Assembly (NCBI GenBank): GCA_963701075.1 | Contig: OY969559.1 | Span: 1,088,001-1,152,000 of the forward strand | Direction: 5' to 3' | Source: an uncultured Nitrososphaerota archaeon | GTDB lineage: Archaea > Thermoproteota > Nitrososphaeria > Nitrososphaerales > Nitrosopumilaceae | DNA length: 64,000 bases | In this document: positions 48,188 through 57,204 of the stretch, in pieces | How the letters are laid out: each line of letters begins with the position of its first letter | Numbering within the stretch: the first letter of the stretch is position 1 | Program-made: the position numbers and the translations under genes | Notes under the pieces: generated by a model | What the model saw: the letters and a program-made list of their open reading frames with translations, nothing else | Database searches by the model: none | Told to the model about the DNA's origin: nothing

Positions 48188-49495
48188 ATGCACATACTTG
48201 ATAATCTTGACAAGTCTCAAAAAGTAATAGTACTAGGTTCGTGGTTTGGCTGGGCCCTAGACGGTTATGACCTGGTCCTAATGCTATTTGTGATATCATC
48301 TGTGAGCCAACTTTTCTTTCCTGTAAACGATCAAAGACTTGGTCTTCTTGCAACCTTTGCCGCCTATGCTGTTACTCTTGTGATGAGACCTCTTGGGGGA
48401 GCACTGTTTGGAGCCTTTGGCGACAGGCTTGGTAGAAAGAGAGCCATGATAATAACAATCATAGGATTTTCATGTGCTACATTTGCGACAGGTCTGCTTC
48501 CTACCTGGCAAGCTGTTGGGGTAATCTCACCCTTGCTCTTGATAACATTGAGGATCATGCAGGGTCTTTTTGCAGGAGGGGAATGGGGTAGCGGTGCGGT
48601 CATATCTATGGAATCTGTATCCAAGAAGGCAAGAGGAATTACCTCTGGATTTATACAAAGTGGATTTCCATTTGGGTTTCTCATTGCATCATTGGCATAT
48701 TGGATTGTATCGTCTGTTTATCATGACCAATCGTTTCTAGAGATTGGATGGCGTATAATGTTCTTCACAGGCATGATTCCAAGCTTGTTGGCACTCGTAC
48801 TTCGTCTTAAAATGAACGAGTCTGACATTTGGAAGGAAAAACTCGAACAACAGGCAATAGAGAAGGCACCATTAAAGCAAGTAGCATCAGGTCCAAATGG
48901 GAAAAGATTCTTTTCAACACTTATCATAACAACAGGATTGATGTATTCCTATTATGCATCAATTGGATTTATGCCGACATTGCTCTCACAATATGTAAAT
49001 CTAAAAGAGCCAGAGACGGCAACAATAATGGCAGCTGCTACCTTTTCATCAATGATTGGATACATCTTTGCTGGTTGGCTCAGCCAAAAGATAGGCAGGA
49101 TACGTACGATAGGCATCTTTGCCTCTCTGGCAGTGATTCTTGCGATTCCGTTGCTTATCGGTCTGTATGACTCATCTAACCATTTAGAAAGAACTGTGTA
49201 TGCTTCACTTCTCATACTTGTGGCGACAAGTGGATTTGGGCCCATTCCGGCATTTTTGTCGGAGAGATTTCCAACTCAGATAAGAAATACTTCAGCTGGA
49301 TTTGTCTTCAATGCGGGACTGATCATTGGAGCTTGGGCTCCTCTAGTTGCAATTGAATTGGGTTCAGAACCTAGTTCGTTACAACCAATACTCTTTGGAG
49401 CAAATCTTATGATTGGTTGCATATTGGTATTGATAGGGTTAAAGTTTAATCCAGAGACTCGTGATGTAGATTTACGATCTACAAATTCTAGTTAG
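48188..49495 (+). CDS. MFS transporter (metabolite/carboxylate:H+ symporter type)
   Basis: GWALDGYD, MRPLGG..FG..GDRLGRK, GGEWG, ERFPTQIR. Confidence 0.9.
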   Translation: MHILDNLDKSQKVIVLGSWFGWALDGYDLVLMLFVISSVSQLFFPVNDQRLGLLATFAAYAVTLVMRPLGGALFGAFGDRLGRKRAMIITIIGFSCATFATGLLPTWQAVGVISPLLLITLRIMQGLFAGGEWGSGAVISMESVSKKARGITSGFIQSGFPFGFLIASLAYWIVSSVYHDQSFLEIGWRIMFFTGMIPSLLALVLRLKMNESDIWKEKLEQQAIEKAPLKQVASGPNGKRFFSTLIITTGLMYSYYASIGFMPTLLSQYVNLKEPETATIMAAATFSSMIGYIFAGWLSQKIGRIRTIGIFASLAVILAIPLLIGLYDSSNHLERTVYASLLILVATSGFGPIPAFLSERFPTQIRNTSAGFVFNAGLIIGAWAPLVAIELGSEPSSLQPILFGANLMIGCILVLIGLKFNPETRDVDLRSTNSS

Positions 49496-49621
49496 TTTAC
49501 GACTGCATATTGTATTCAATAATCTGTAGATTTATGATTTGGTTGTAGTTTATGGAGTGTATTTTTCGCCGGGCATAGAGCCCGTTTGTCATCTTTGAGA
49601 ATCATATTTAGACAGTCATGA

Positions 49622-49639
49622 ATTATCAAGCGTGATAAT
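49622..49639. promoter_or_regulatory. Box A, perfect (ATTATCA-agcg-TGATAAT); weaker second site at 49585-49602
   Basis: 11 nt before TTTTTAT, 42 nt before ATG 49681. Confidence 0.85.
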
Positions 49640-49680
49640 CTAATTCCGTCTTTTTATCCCTGAAACAGTAACGAATCGTA

Positions 49681-50001
49681 ATGAAAACATCAAAGCTACA
49701 AGTCAAACCAATAGCAGCAGTGCTTAGCTTACTGGCTTTCGTTGCTGTTGTTGCCATGTCTCCACATGCTTTTGCGCAACAACCGTTTCAAGGTGGACAG
49801 GGACAACAAAACGGCATTGCCCTTGGATCATCATATAATGCACCAGCAGGTAGTACACAAAATCAGATTCCTGCACAAGTAGTGTATAGTGATTCCGACA
49901 ATCCTACTGGTCCGCTTCAAGGTATGGGATGGGGGATCGGAATGGCAATAGTGGGAGTCATGAGCGGCGTTGGAGTCTGGACAGCAGTACGAAGCAGATA
50001 A
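49681..50001 (+). CDS. Small secreted/membrane protein
   Basis: Signal peptide ending HAFA, Gln/Gly-rich linker, C-terminal TM helix. Confidence 0.7.
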   Translation: MKTSKLQVKPIAAVLSLLAFVAVVAMSPHAFAQQPFQGGQGQQNGIALGSSYNAPAGSTQNQIPAQVVYSDSDNPTGPLQGMGWGIGMAIVGVMSGVGVWTAVRSR

Positions 50002-50086
50002 GATCAAACTAGAGGTTGAAACGCTCTAGTTTTCTCCATTTTTTGTAATTTATGGTTTTTTTAGGTAGGTTACAACAAATTCAATT

Positions 50087-50104
50087 ATTCTCAATAATGA
50101 AAAT
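50087..50104. promoter_or_regulatory. Box A (ATTCTCA-ataa-TGAAAAT)
   Basis: 42 nt before ATG 50146. Confidence 0.8.
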
Positions 50105-50145
50105 CAAAGTAAAACTTCTTAAACAAACTTTCTAGATATAACATA

Positions 50146-50568
50146 ATGCAGAAAATTAAGAAGATACTTGTTGCATTAGATGGCTCAGTGCAATCCTTCA
50201 AATCTCTTCAAGAAGCAATTTACCTTGCAAGACAATGCGGTGCAACTATCACCGGATTATGTGTTCTGCCACTATATACAATAAGCCTCGGAAAGTTTAC
50301 AACATCTCTTAGAAATCAAAGCATAAAAGAAGCCAAGAAATTCATGGCAAAAGCAAAGGTGTTCGCGGCACAGAATGGAGTTGTATTTACCGAGAGGATT
50401 GTTATAAGCGATCACACCTCCAAGATTTCAGAATATGCAAGTGACAAAAAGTTCGATCTAATAGTAATGGGATCGCGAGGCATGAACCCCGTCAAAGAAT
50501 TGTTTCTAGGTAGCGTTGCAAACTATACTGTCCATAAATCTAAGATCCCAGTTCTAGTTGTAAAATGA
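50146..50568 (+). CDS. Universal stress protein
   Basis: ILVALDGS...DLIVMGSRG...LGSVAN; paralog of 28480. Confidence 0.93.
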   Translation: MQKIKKILVALDGSVQSFKSLQEAIYLARQCGATITGLCVLPLYTISLGKFTTSLRNQSIKEAKKFMAKAKVFAAQNGVVFTERIVISDHTSKISEYASDKKFDLIVMGSRGMNPVKELFLGSVANYTVHKSKIPVLVVK

Positions 50569-50594
50569 GCATTTGACTAGTAATTGAGCTTTTA

Positions 50595-50612
50595 ATTACC
50601 ACTATTGGTAAT
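50595..50612. promoter_or_regulatory. Box A variant, perfect palindrome (ATTACCA-ctat-TGGTAAT)
   Basis: 11 nt before TTTTTAA, 42 nt before ATG 50654. Confidence 0.8.
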
Positions 50613-50653
50613 TAAATTTCATCTTTTTAAGCATCTAACTTGTAAGTAATACA

Positions 50654-51091
50654 ATGGATGAGTACTTTGCAAGAGATATAATGAAAGAACAGGTAGTCAC
50701 GGTTGATTTTGCGGCCACTGTAATGGATGCTGCTAAGAAGATGGATGAAAAAAACATTGGATGCGTAATTGTAATGGAGAAGGAAATGCCGATAGGCATA
50801 CTAACCGAGAGAGATTTTGTAAAAAAGATAGCAGTTAATGAAAAACCCATGTCAACTCCTGTAAGAAATGTAATGTCTTCGCCTTTGATCTCAATAGATC
50901 CTGATGCTACAGTCTGGGAGTTGGCTGAGCTCATGAAACTTAAACGAATTCATAAGGTGCCCGTGGTGCAAGAAAACAAACTGCTTGGAATTGTAACTAC
51001 TGCTGATATTACTAGTCTATGTAGCATAGGCTCTGATTCAGAGATGAGAAAAGTCTGCCAACAAATTCTTTTACGATTGCATCAATCCTAG
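50654..51091 (+). CDS. CBS-pair protein
   Basis: GILTERD...NVMSSP...GIVTTAD. Confidence 0.92.
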   Translation: MDEYFARDIMKEQVVTVDFAATVMDAAKKMDEKNIGCVIVMEKEMPIGILTERDFVKKIAVNEKPMSTPVRNVMSSPLISIDPDATVWELAELMKLKRIHKVPVVQENKLLGIVTTADITSLCSIGSDSEMRKVCQQILLRLHQS

Positions 51092-51126
51092 GCATTTGAG
51101 AAAAACTGTTCTATTATTGATACAGG

Positions 51127-51999
51127 TTATTTTTCATTATGACTCCAATTATATTCCGTAAGATTTTCCGAATCAAGACTCTTTATGACATCCCAAGGCG
51201 TCAGGACTCCTTCTTCATGTAGAAGATATGGAGATTGCATTTCGTATAGTATCTTGCTTGCTTCTTCAAGTAAAATCTTACCAGAAACCTCTTTTGCCTT
51301 GTCTAATCTGAATTCACTACATTTCATTTCAAGAAAATTATCTACATCATGTAAGCAATTCAGATCTTGTGATATTTTTTGAATAATTATTCTGTCGCTT
51401 ATGAACTGCGAAGTTCCTTCTAAGATCAGCTTGCGGGTTCTGTTTTCGAACATTGCTGAGATGACTTCTTTTACTGTTTGATCTTTTCTAAAAGTAAAGA
51501 TTTTCTTCTTTGAGATATCTTTTATCTCCATTTTTGTCTTGCATAGCATTCCTATCTCAAGCAACTTTCTTGCAGATATTGCAGAGTAACTGCGATACTG
51601 ATTTGGCATTATGGCAAATGCTCTGTTTGTCTTCATCCATTGCTTTAGAAGTTCGCCTAATGTTGCATCCTTATCCACTATGACCAGATTTTTGTGCATG
51701 ATCTCTTTGATTCTGGTCTTTTCAAAAAAGCCAGCATTTGGACTACGCAATACTCCTTCTAGGATGCCAGCTCCTCCCACCAGTCCTACTGGCTTGTTGT
51801 CTTGTACAACTATCAACGAGTCTGTAAAAGTCTCCAAGTTGTGAGAAAGGAGGTTAGTTGCTTCTGCTACTGGATCGTTCGTTCTTACACTGACCACTGG
51901 CGAAGACAGGAGAGAATCTGGCAATAGATCGAGCATAACATGCTGTGAAATTGGTGTCTTTTCCGGGTTTGAATGAGAGTGATTAGTAGGTCTTTTCAC
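51127..51999 (-). CDS. Divergent CBS-domain protein
   Basis: Degenerate CBS repeats (KPVGLVGG, KEIMHKNLV). Confidence 0.65.
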   Translation of the reverse strand: MKRPTNHSHSNPEKTPISQHVMLDLLPDSLLSSPVVSVRTNDPVAEATNLLSHNLETFTDSLIVVQDNKPVGLVGGAGILEGVLRSPNAGFFEKTRIKEIMHKNLVIVDKDATLGELLKQWMKTNRAFAIMPNQYRSYSAISARKLLEIGMLCKTKMEIKDISKKKIFTFRKDQTVKEVISAMFENRTRKLILEGTSQFISDRIIIQKISQDLNCLHDVDNFLEMKCSEFRLDKAKEVSGKILLEEASKILYEMQSPYLLHEEGVLTPWDVIKSLDSENLTEYNWSHNEK

Positions 52000-52040
52000 T
52001 AACTAATCTTTTGAAAAGTGGTATATTTAGACACAAGATA

Positions 52041-52058
52041 ATTATCAGGAGTGATTTT
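52041..52058. promoter_or_regulatory. Box A (ATTATCA-ggag-TGATTTT)
   Basis: 11 nt from minus-strand TAAATATA, 42 nt from GTG 51999. Confidence 0.8.
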
Positions 52059-52069
52059 TGTCATGTACG

Positions 52070-53101
52070 CTATGGTATTAGAATGGCTCTTCCCTGGATC
52101 TTTCCAGCTTCCAAGTTTTCAATGGCTTTGCCTACATCATCTAGTTTGAATGGATTGACAACAGTCTTGAGCTTGTTTGCACGAGCCAGGCTAATTACTT
52201 CAGTGAGTTCATTGTAATTTCCCCAAAGAGAGCCGATTACGCTGTACTCGTTTATGACTGACTCTACTATAGGTATGTTAAATGAGTTGCCCATTAATCC
52301 AACTAGAACTAGCGCTCCCCTCTTTTTCAGGCATGCTATGCCAAGATCCAGTGTATCTTTTGATGCCACTATATCTAAAACAACATCCACGCCGTGATTT
52401 CCAGTTATCTTGTTAAGAGATGATATGACGTCCTCGTTTTGGGAATTGATGACATAGTCTGAACCCATCTCTCTTGCAAGTTTAGTCTTGGCCTCACTTC
52501 GTTCCACGGTAATTACATTTGTTGGAGATAATAGTTTTAGATATTGTATAGCATAACTGCCAAGACCCCCAGCTCCGAACAATAGTGTAAAGCTATTGGG
52601 ATTTAGCATGTGACGAACCCTCTTTACTGCCCTGTATGGTGTGAGTCCTGCATCAGTCAAGGGGGCAACATATTTTGGATCCAAGCCAGGTGCCTTTACA
52701 AGAAAACGATATGATGGAATGTACATGTATTCTGCGTATCCTCCGTCGGATTGTGAGAGTCCTGGCCATGTAGGCAAGTTACAAAGTTGCTCGTCGCCTC
52801 CTTTGCAAAATTGACAGACTCCGCATCCCCAACCGCCAAATACTGCTACTACATCCCCTTTTGCAAGTCCACGCACAGACTCGCCAACTTCCTCGACATA
52901 GCCAGCCGTCTCATGGCCTATTGTCACAGGAAGCTTTACTGGAATTGTTTTCTGCCACTCTCCATGAATGAAATGAATATCGCTATGACATATTCCAGCC
53001 GCCCCTACCCGTATCACAACACTCTCTCCTTTTGGTTTTGGAAGATCTACTTCGTCTAGTTGTAATGGTTCTCCATAATTGTGTAGTCTTGCGGCCTTCA
53101 A
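52070..53101 (-). CDS. Zinc-dependent alcohol dehydrogenase
   Basis: CHSD, GHE, CGVCQFC..C, DAGLTPYRA, GAGGLG. Confidence 0.92.
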   Translation of the reverse strand: MKAARLHNYGEPLQLDEVDLPKPKGESVVIRVGAAGICHSDIHFIHGEWQKTIPVKLPVTIGHETAGYVEEVGESVRGLAKGDVVAVFGGWGCGVCQFCKGGDEQLCNLPTWPGLSQSDGGYAEYMYIPSYRFLVKAPGLDPKYVAPLTDAGLTPYRAVKRVRHMLNPNSFTLLFGAGGLGSYAIQYLKLLSPTNVITVERSEAKTKLAREMGSDYVINSQNEDVISSLNKITGNHGVDVVLDIVASKDTLDLGIACLKKRGALVLVGLMGNSFNIPIVESVINEYSVIGSLWGNYNELTEVISLARANKLKTVVNPFKLDDVGKAIENLEAGKIQGRAILIP

Positions 53102-53150
53102 AGTATATCTACAAATATGATCAATCCTGCTGTATTAAATTCAGAACTAC

Positions 53151-53168
53151 ATTATCATTTGTGAAAAT
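53151..53168. promoter_or_regulatory. Box A (ATTATCA-tttg-TGAAAAT)
   Basis: 11 nt from minus-strand TTTAATA upstream of the ADH gene. Confidence 0.8.
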
Positions 53169-53206
53169 AAGCAATCTCATCTGCCGACTTTGGCTGGCAA
53201 GATGAT

Positions 53207-53677
53207 CTAATGCACTATCATTACTGCGCAAGGTGCAAGCTCTGAAACTTTTCTGCTCACGCTGCCCAAGACCTTTAGTTTATTCAAACCGCGTAACCCT
53301 TGGCTTCCTATTACTATGAGATCAATTTTTTTTCCTCTGGCATACTTTAGGATCATCTCAACTGGTTTTCCTGAAATTATATCATAGATTGCGTCGACAC
53401 CCTGTGATTTGCATATTGCTACTTCTGCAAGAACTTCTCTTCTGGCTTGGGTCTTTGCAGCTGCCATGAATTCAGATATTGATTCTTCAAGTCTCTTGTC
53501 CTTTTTTAACAAGCCAAGCAGCATTCCTGGAGGAAAATCTTCGGGATCAACTACTATGATAACGTGGATCTTAGAACCTAGCCTTTTAGCTATTTTTATT
53601 GCATGAGCAAGGGCTTTTCTTGCAAATTTTGAACCATCCGTTGGAACCAGTATTTTTTCAAATTTTGCCTCTGACAT
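53207..53677 (-). CDS. Universal stress protein
   Basis: ILVPTDGS...DLIVIGSQG...LGSVSRK; start reassigned to 53677. Confidence 0.92.
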   Translation of the reverse strand: MSEAKFEKILVPTDGSKFARKALAHAIKIAKRLGSKIHVIIVVDPEDFPPGMLLGLLKKDKRLEESISEFMAAAKTQARREVLAEVAICKSQGVDAIYDIISGKPVEMILKYARGKKIDLIVIGSQGLRGLNKLKVLGSVSRKVSELAPCAVMIVH

Positions 53678-53718
53678 TAATGCATTTGACCTATCACGAT
53701 ACTTAAAACCCATTCTTA

Positions 53719-53736
53719 AATTTCAGTATTGATATT
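53719..53736. promoter_or_regulatory. Box A (AATTTCA-gtat-TGATATT)
   Basis: 11 nt from minus-strand TTTAAG, 42 nt from ATG 53677. Confidence 0.75.
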
Positions 53737-53794
53737 AGAAAAATACCTCTTTCTTCCACTAAGGAAAAAGGTGCCGTGACTAGCGGTATGATGT

Positions 53795-53948
53795 AGTTCT
53801 GATTTGTCTGTAAGAATGCCGCATTGGCGGCATTCGATTTGTCTCCTCTGAATATTGTCAGAATCACATCTTATACAAATGGGATATACTTTCTTGAGTT
53901 TTGTATTCTATGGAAATTAAAAAGTTCAGTTCTATGACTTGATACTAT
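53795..53948 (-). pseudogene. Degenerate paralog of the zinc-ribbon microgene 19516-19674
   Basis: Nucleotide similarity including upstream region; ATG>ATA, 1-nt deletion before CIRCDSDNIQRRQIECRQCG. Confidence 0.65.
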
Positions 53949-53996
53949 TTTCTAATCAGTAGAAGATTAACTGTAATAGGATTTAACCAGTATGTA

Positions 53997-54015
53997 TGCA
54001 TTGAATGGCACTGCA
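53997..54015. promoter_or_regulatory. Box B (TGCATTG-aatgg-CACTGCA)
   Basis: 10 nt before minus-strand TTAAAT (53986). Confidence 0.7.
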
Positions 54016-54106
54016 AACACTTTATCACAGATGGCATTTTACATGCATAAATTTTAAGATTGTATTTTTATTCAAATTCGAAAAAACCGACTCGATCAAA
54101 TTTATC

Positions 54107-54124
54107 ATTCTCAAAGATGATAAT
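54107..54124. promoter_or_regulatory. Box A (ATTCTCA-aaga-TGATAAT)
   Basis: 11 nt before TTTAAA, 42 nt before ATG 54166. Confidence 0.82.
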
Positions 54125-54165
54125 GGTGTTTTCGTTTTAAATAATATTTTACAGATAAGAATAAC

Positions 54166-54498
54166 ATGTCACAAAATGTAGAGACGCAGTACGATGGTTT
54201 CTTGGATCAGATTACCAGCAAACTCGGAAAGATTGATCTCAAGTTGGCAACTGATGTGATGTATTATGAGAGAAAATTTACTGATGTAGAACCCAAAGTT
54301 GAACTAGATGTACACTATAGAAACGGAACCAACATGGACAAGAAAAAATATGAACTAGAAGCAAGTTACATGGTTGCCCGAGAGGGAGAAAACGGCATTC
54401 GAGCAGTTGGTTTGGCATCGTTGGCTGACATACTTAAACTAGCAAAAGATCCTGACATTGAAAAGATTGATGGATTTGCTACCTGTGCGTCTTACTAG
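54166..54498 (+). CDS. Hypothetical protein
   Basis: 110 aa ORF with a canonical box A promoter. Confidence 0.7.
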   Translation: MSQNVETQYDGFLDQITSKLGKIDLKLATDVMYYERKFTDVEPKVELDVHYRNGTNMDKKKYELEASYMVAREGENGIRAVGLASLADILKLAKDPDIEKIDGFATCASY

Positions 54499-54518
54499 GC
54501 GCACATCTAAAATATTTT

Positions 54519-55097
54519 TTAGTAATCATGTTCGCTAAAATCCGATCCTAGGGCACTACTAACTATGGCCGTATTTGGGGTGGTACGTGATTTAACTGCA
54601 AGGTTTGGCATGAATTGATGGAAGATTTCTTTTAAAATCATCTCTGTAAAAAGAGACCATTTGATGCCAAGATTGTGTTGTACTATAAAATGATGAACCT
54701 CACCTTCTATTCTGTGATCTGATGTCATACCGGATGCCCTCATGTAATCCTCAAAAGCCTCGATTGCACGCTTCAGATCATAACTTCCCTTCATGAACAT
54801 TACCCAGTCCTTCACCAGAGGAACCATGACATTGATTATCTTGTTCATGGACTCTCCTTCCATCTCTTCGCCTAATGTCTTCAAGACATCCCTTGGAACG
54901 GGTATCATTCCAATATTTTCTGCAAACCTATCCCAGTTGACATATTTTTCTAAAATCTGCTTTACAAGTACATTTTGAGAGATTTTTCTCTGCATTGCCT
55001 CTGTTTCTAGCTCTTCTACTACGTGTACCGGTAGCCTATAGCTTATGCTTCTGGTATCCTCATGTTTTGTAGGATGGGGCTTTCTTGTAACGCTCAT
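54519..55097 (-). CDS. Ribbon-helix-helix protein with C-terminal domain
   Basis: TRSISYRLPVHVVEELETEAMQRKISQNVLVKQILEKYV RHH pattern. Confidence 0.65.
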   Translation of the reverse strand: MSVTRKPHPTKHEDTRSISYRLPVHVVEELETEAMQRKISQNVLVKQILEKYVNWDRFAENIGMIPVPRDVLKTLGEEMEGESMNKIINVMVPLVKDWVMFMKGSYDLKRAIEAFEDYMRASGMTSDHRIEGEVHHFIVQHNLGIKWSLFTEMILKEIFHQFMPNLAVKSRTTPNTAIVSSALGSDFSEHDY

Positions 55098-55208
55098 CTA
55101 GATTCTATTGAACTATTTCTAACTTATATAACTAGTGAATATCTCTCAATTAGGCACACATCTTGATGTGTTTGCTACATCTGTACCGTTCCATCCTGTA
55201 GAATCTTT

Positions 55209-55718
55209 CTATTTTTTTATGTGATCTTTGTCTATGTGATTGCATACAGATTTTGTATCTTTGAATTGCTTTGAACAGTATGGACAATACGTTTTATCAG
55301 CTATCTCTAATTCTGGGAGTAGAAGATCATGTCTCTCAAGGTTCCCGCAGACCATTTTTTGTGTAATAAGACCAATTGGGCGTTTGTCCATCACTACCAA
55401 CCTACGTATATCGTGTTTTCTCATAATCTCTAATGCTTCTCTGACTAGAGATGTTTTTTGTATCGTTATCAAAGGACTCTTTGTGATCTGCTTCAATGTA
55501 GTTTTTGTTGGATCTAATCCTTTTGCTACTACATCATACAGGATATCTTTCTCAGTTACAATGCCTGTTATCTTGCTATTCTCAAATACCAGGATGCTAT
55601 CTATCTTAGACTCTGCCATGGCTTGGGCTGCATCTTGTATGGTAAGGTTACTCTCAACAGTAGTCATTTTGGGATTGGTGAATTTGGAAACTGGCTCGTT
55701 GAGAAGATCTAATGCCAT
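55209..55718 (-). CDS. CBS pair + C2H2 zinc finger
   Basis: CBS pair followed by CPYCSKQF......NHIDKDH. Confidence 0.88.
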   Translation of the reverse strand: MALDLLNEPVSKFTNPKMTTVESNLTIQDAAQAMAESKIDSILVFENSKITGIVTEKDILYDVVAKGLDPTKTTLKQITKSPLITIQKTSLVREALEIMRKHDIRRLVVMDKRPIGLITQKMVCGNLERHDLLLPELEIADKTYCPYCSKQFKDTKSVCNHIDKDHIKK

Positions 55719-55835
55719 GTGATATGATGCTCCTGTATCTTGATTTAATTTTGGAGGTATTTATATGATTGATGACGAGAAACCTCTTTCTGTATGGGCT
55801 ACACGTTCAAGAATTGGACTTGTGTATGATTTGTA

Positions 55836-55854
55836 TGCATTGCCGTGCAATGCG
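55836..55854. promoter_or_regulatory. Box B (TGCATTG-ccgtg-CAATGCG)
   Basis: 10 nt before TTATAT (55865) of wHTH paralog 2. Confidence 0.7.
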
Positions 55855-55892
55855 GTCCTACTGGTTATATCAAATATTATTGAATACGACAT

Positions 55893-56231
55893 ATGCAAGT
55901 ATTGCTACAAGGAAAACAGGTACAGGAAGAGACAACAAAAGATGTCTTGCTTGAGATCTTGGCAGACAAGTACTCTAGAACCATACTAGAATCCACAATA
56001 GATATGCCAAAATCAGCCATTGATATCACCCATGAGTGTGGCATACCAATCAGCACCGCTTATCGCAGAGTGCAAATGTTACACAGACACAAACTGCTTG
56101 GCATCTCTGGTTCAATCAGCCAAGATGGTAAAAAGTACTTTTTGTACAAATCCAAAGTCAAGTCAATCATGGCGTGTTTCAACAATGGTTCACTTGAAGT
56201 TGAGATTGTTCCTAATTCTGCATTAACTTAG
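55893..56231 (+). CDS. Winged-helix (ArsR-like) transcription regulator, paralog 2
   Basis: Highly similar to 27786-28127. Confidence 0.85.
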   Translation: MQVLLQGKQVQEETTKDVLLEILADKYSRTILESTIDMPKSAIDITHECGIPISTAYRRVQMLHRHKLLGISGSISQDGKKYFLYKSKVKSIMACFNNGSLEVEIVPNSALT

Positions 56232-56241
56232 AATTAGGAAC
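56208..56241 (+). other. Inverted repeat across the wHTH stop codon
   Basis: GTTCCTAATTCT-10 nt-AGAATTAGGAAC; shorter equivalent at 27783-27811. Confidence 0.5.
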
Positions 56242-56261
56242 TGCAAAAATTTTTCGAGATG

Positions 56262-56279
56262 AGAATCATGTATGAGAAT
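56262..56279. promoter_or_regulatory. Box A (AGAATCA-tgta-TGAGAAT)
   Basis: 11 nt before TTTAAA, 41 nt before ATG 56320. Confidence 0.7.
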
Positions 56280-56319
56280 AGAGCCGGCATTTTAAATGTG
56301 ATTAAAGTGGAGGTATGGT

Positions 56320-57180
56320 ATGATATCTAAGATACAGCAATTCACATCATCTGTTATAACATTACAACCCGAAGATACTATTAATGATGCATTATTTTTA
56401 ATGCAAAAAAACGATATAAAACGAATTGTTATTGTACAGAACAATTTTCCTATTGGAATAGTTACAGAGCGTGATATAGGAAGATTCTTGGAGTACGACA
56501 AGACAACAAAAGCACTTGACAAAATACCTGTTCAGAATATAATGAGTAGAAGCCTAGTTACAATATCTGCAGAAGATCATGATATTGCAATACAGTCAGC
56601 TATTAGAATGGATACATTTCAAATAAGCTCTGTTGTTGTAGTGGATAACGACGGAAATCTAGCTGGAATTATAACAAAGTCTGATTTGACAAGGATTTTT
56701 TCCAGTCTGTATAGCCGAGTCTACAAAGTTTCTGATTACATGTCAAAGAAGATAATCACCTGCCGCAAATCAGATTCGCTAACATTTGCTTTGGATATGT
56801 TAAACAAAAACAAGATCTCAAGATTGGTAGTTACTGATAACGAAGGAAAACCTATAGGTGTGATTACATATGATACGTTTCTAAGAAACAGCGGTTTTTT
56901 CAAGGCAAATAAAAGTACACGTAACTATCTTTTACCCAGTATCGATGCAAAGGAGATGAGGGTTGGAAATCTAATAAAAGATGAACTGCTTACAGTCACG
57001 ACCGAAGACGATTTGGCTATTGCTGCTAAATTAATGACAGATTTCAAGGTAAGTGGAATACCAGTCGTTGACCGTGAGGGATCTCTTGAGGGCGTCATAA
57101 GTTCTACCGATGTTGTAAATGCATACTCTGAGGTAGAGACACACTTTCGTTTGATAAAGAAAGATCCGCATTTTGATTAG
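56320..57180 (+). CDS. 4xCBS protein
   Basis: GIVTERD, GIITKSD, GVITYD, GVISSTD. Confidence 0.9.
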   Translation: MISKIQQFTSSVITLQPEDTINDALFLMQKNDIKRIVIVQNNFPIGIVTERDIGRFLEYDKTTKALDKIPVQNIMSRSLVTISAEDHDIAIQSAIRMDTFQISSVVVVDNDGNLAGIITKSDLTRIFSSLYSRVYKVSDYMSKKIITCRKSDSLTFALDMLNKNKISRLVVTDNEGKPIGVITYDTFLRNSGFFKANKSTRNYLLPSIDAKEMRVGNLIKDELLTVTTEDDLAIAAKLMTDFKVSGIPVVDREGSLEGVISSTDVVNAYSEVETHFRLIKKDPHFD

Positions 57181-57204
57181 TAAAGTTATCGCAAAGAAGA
57201 TGTA

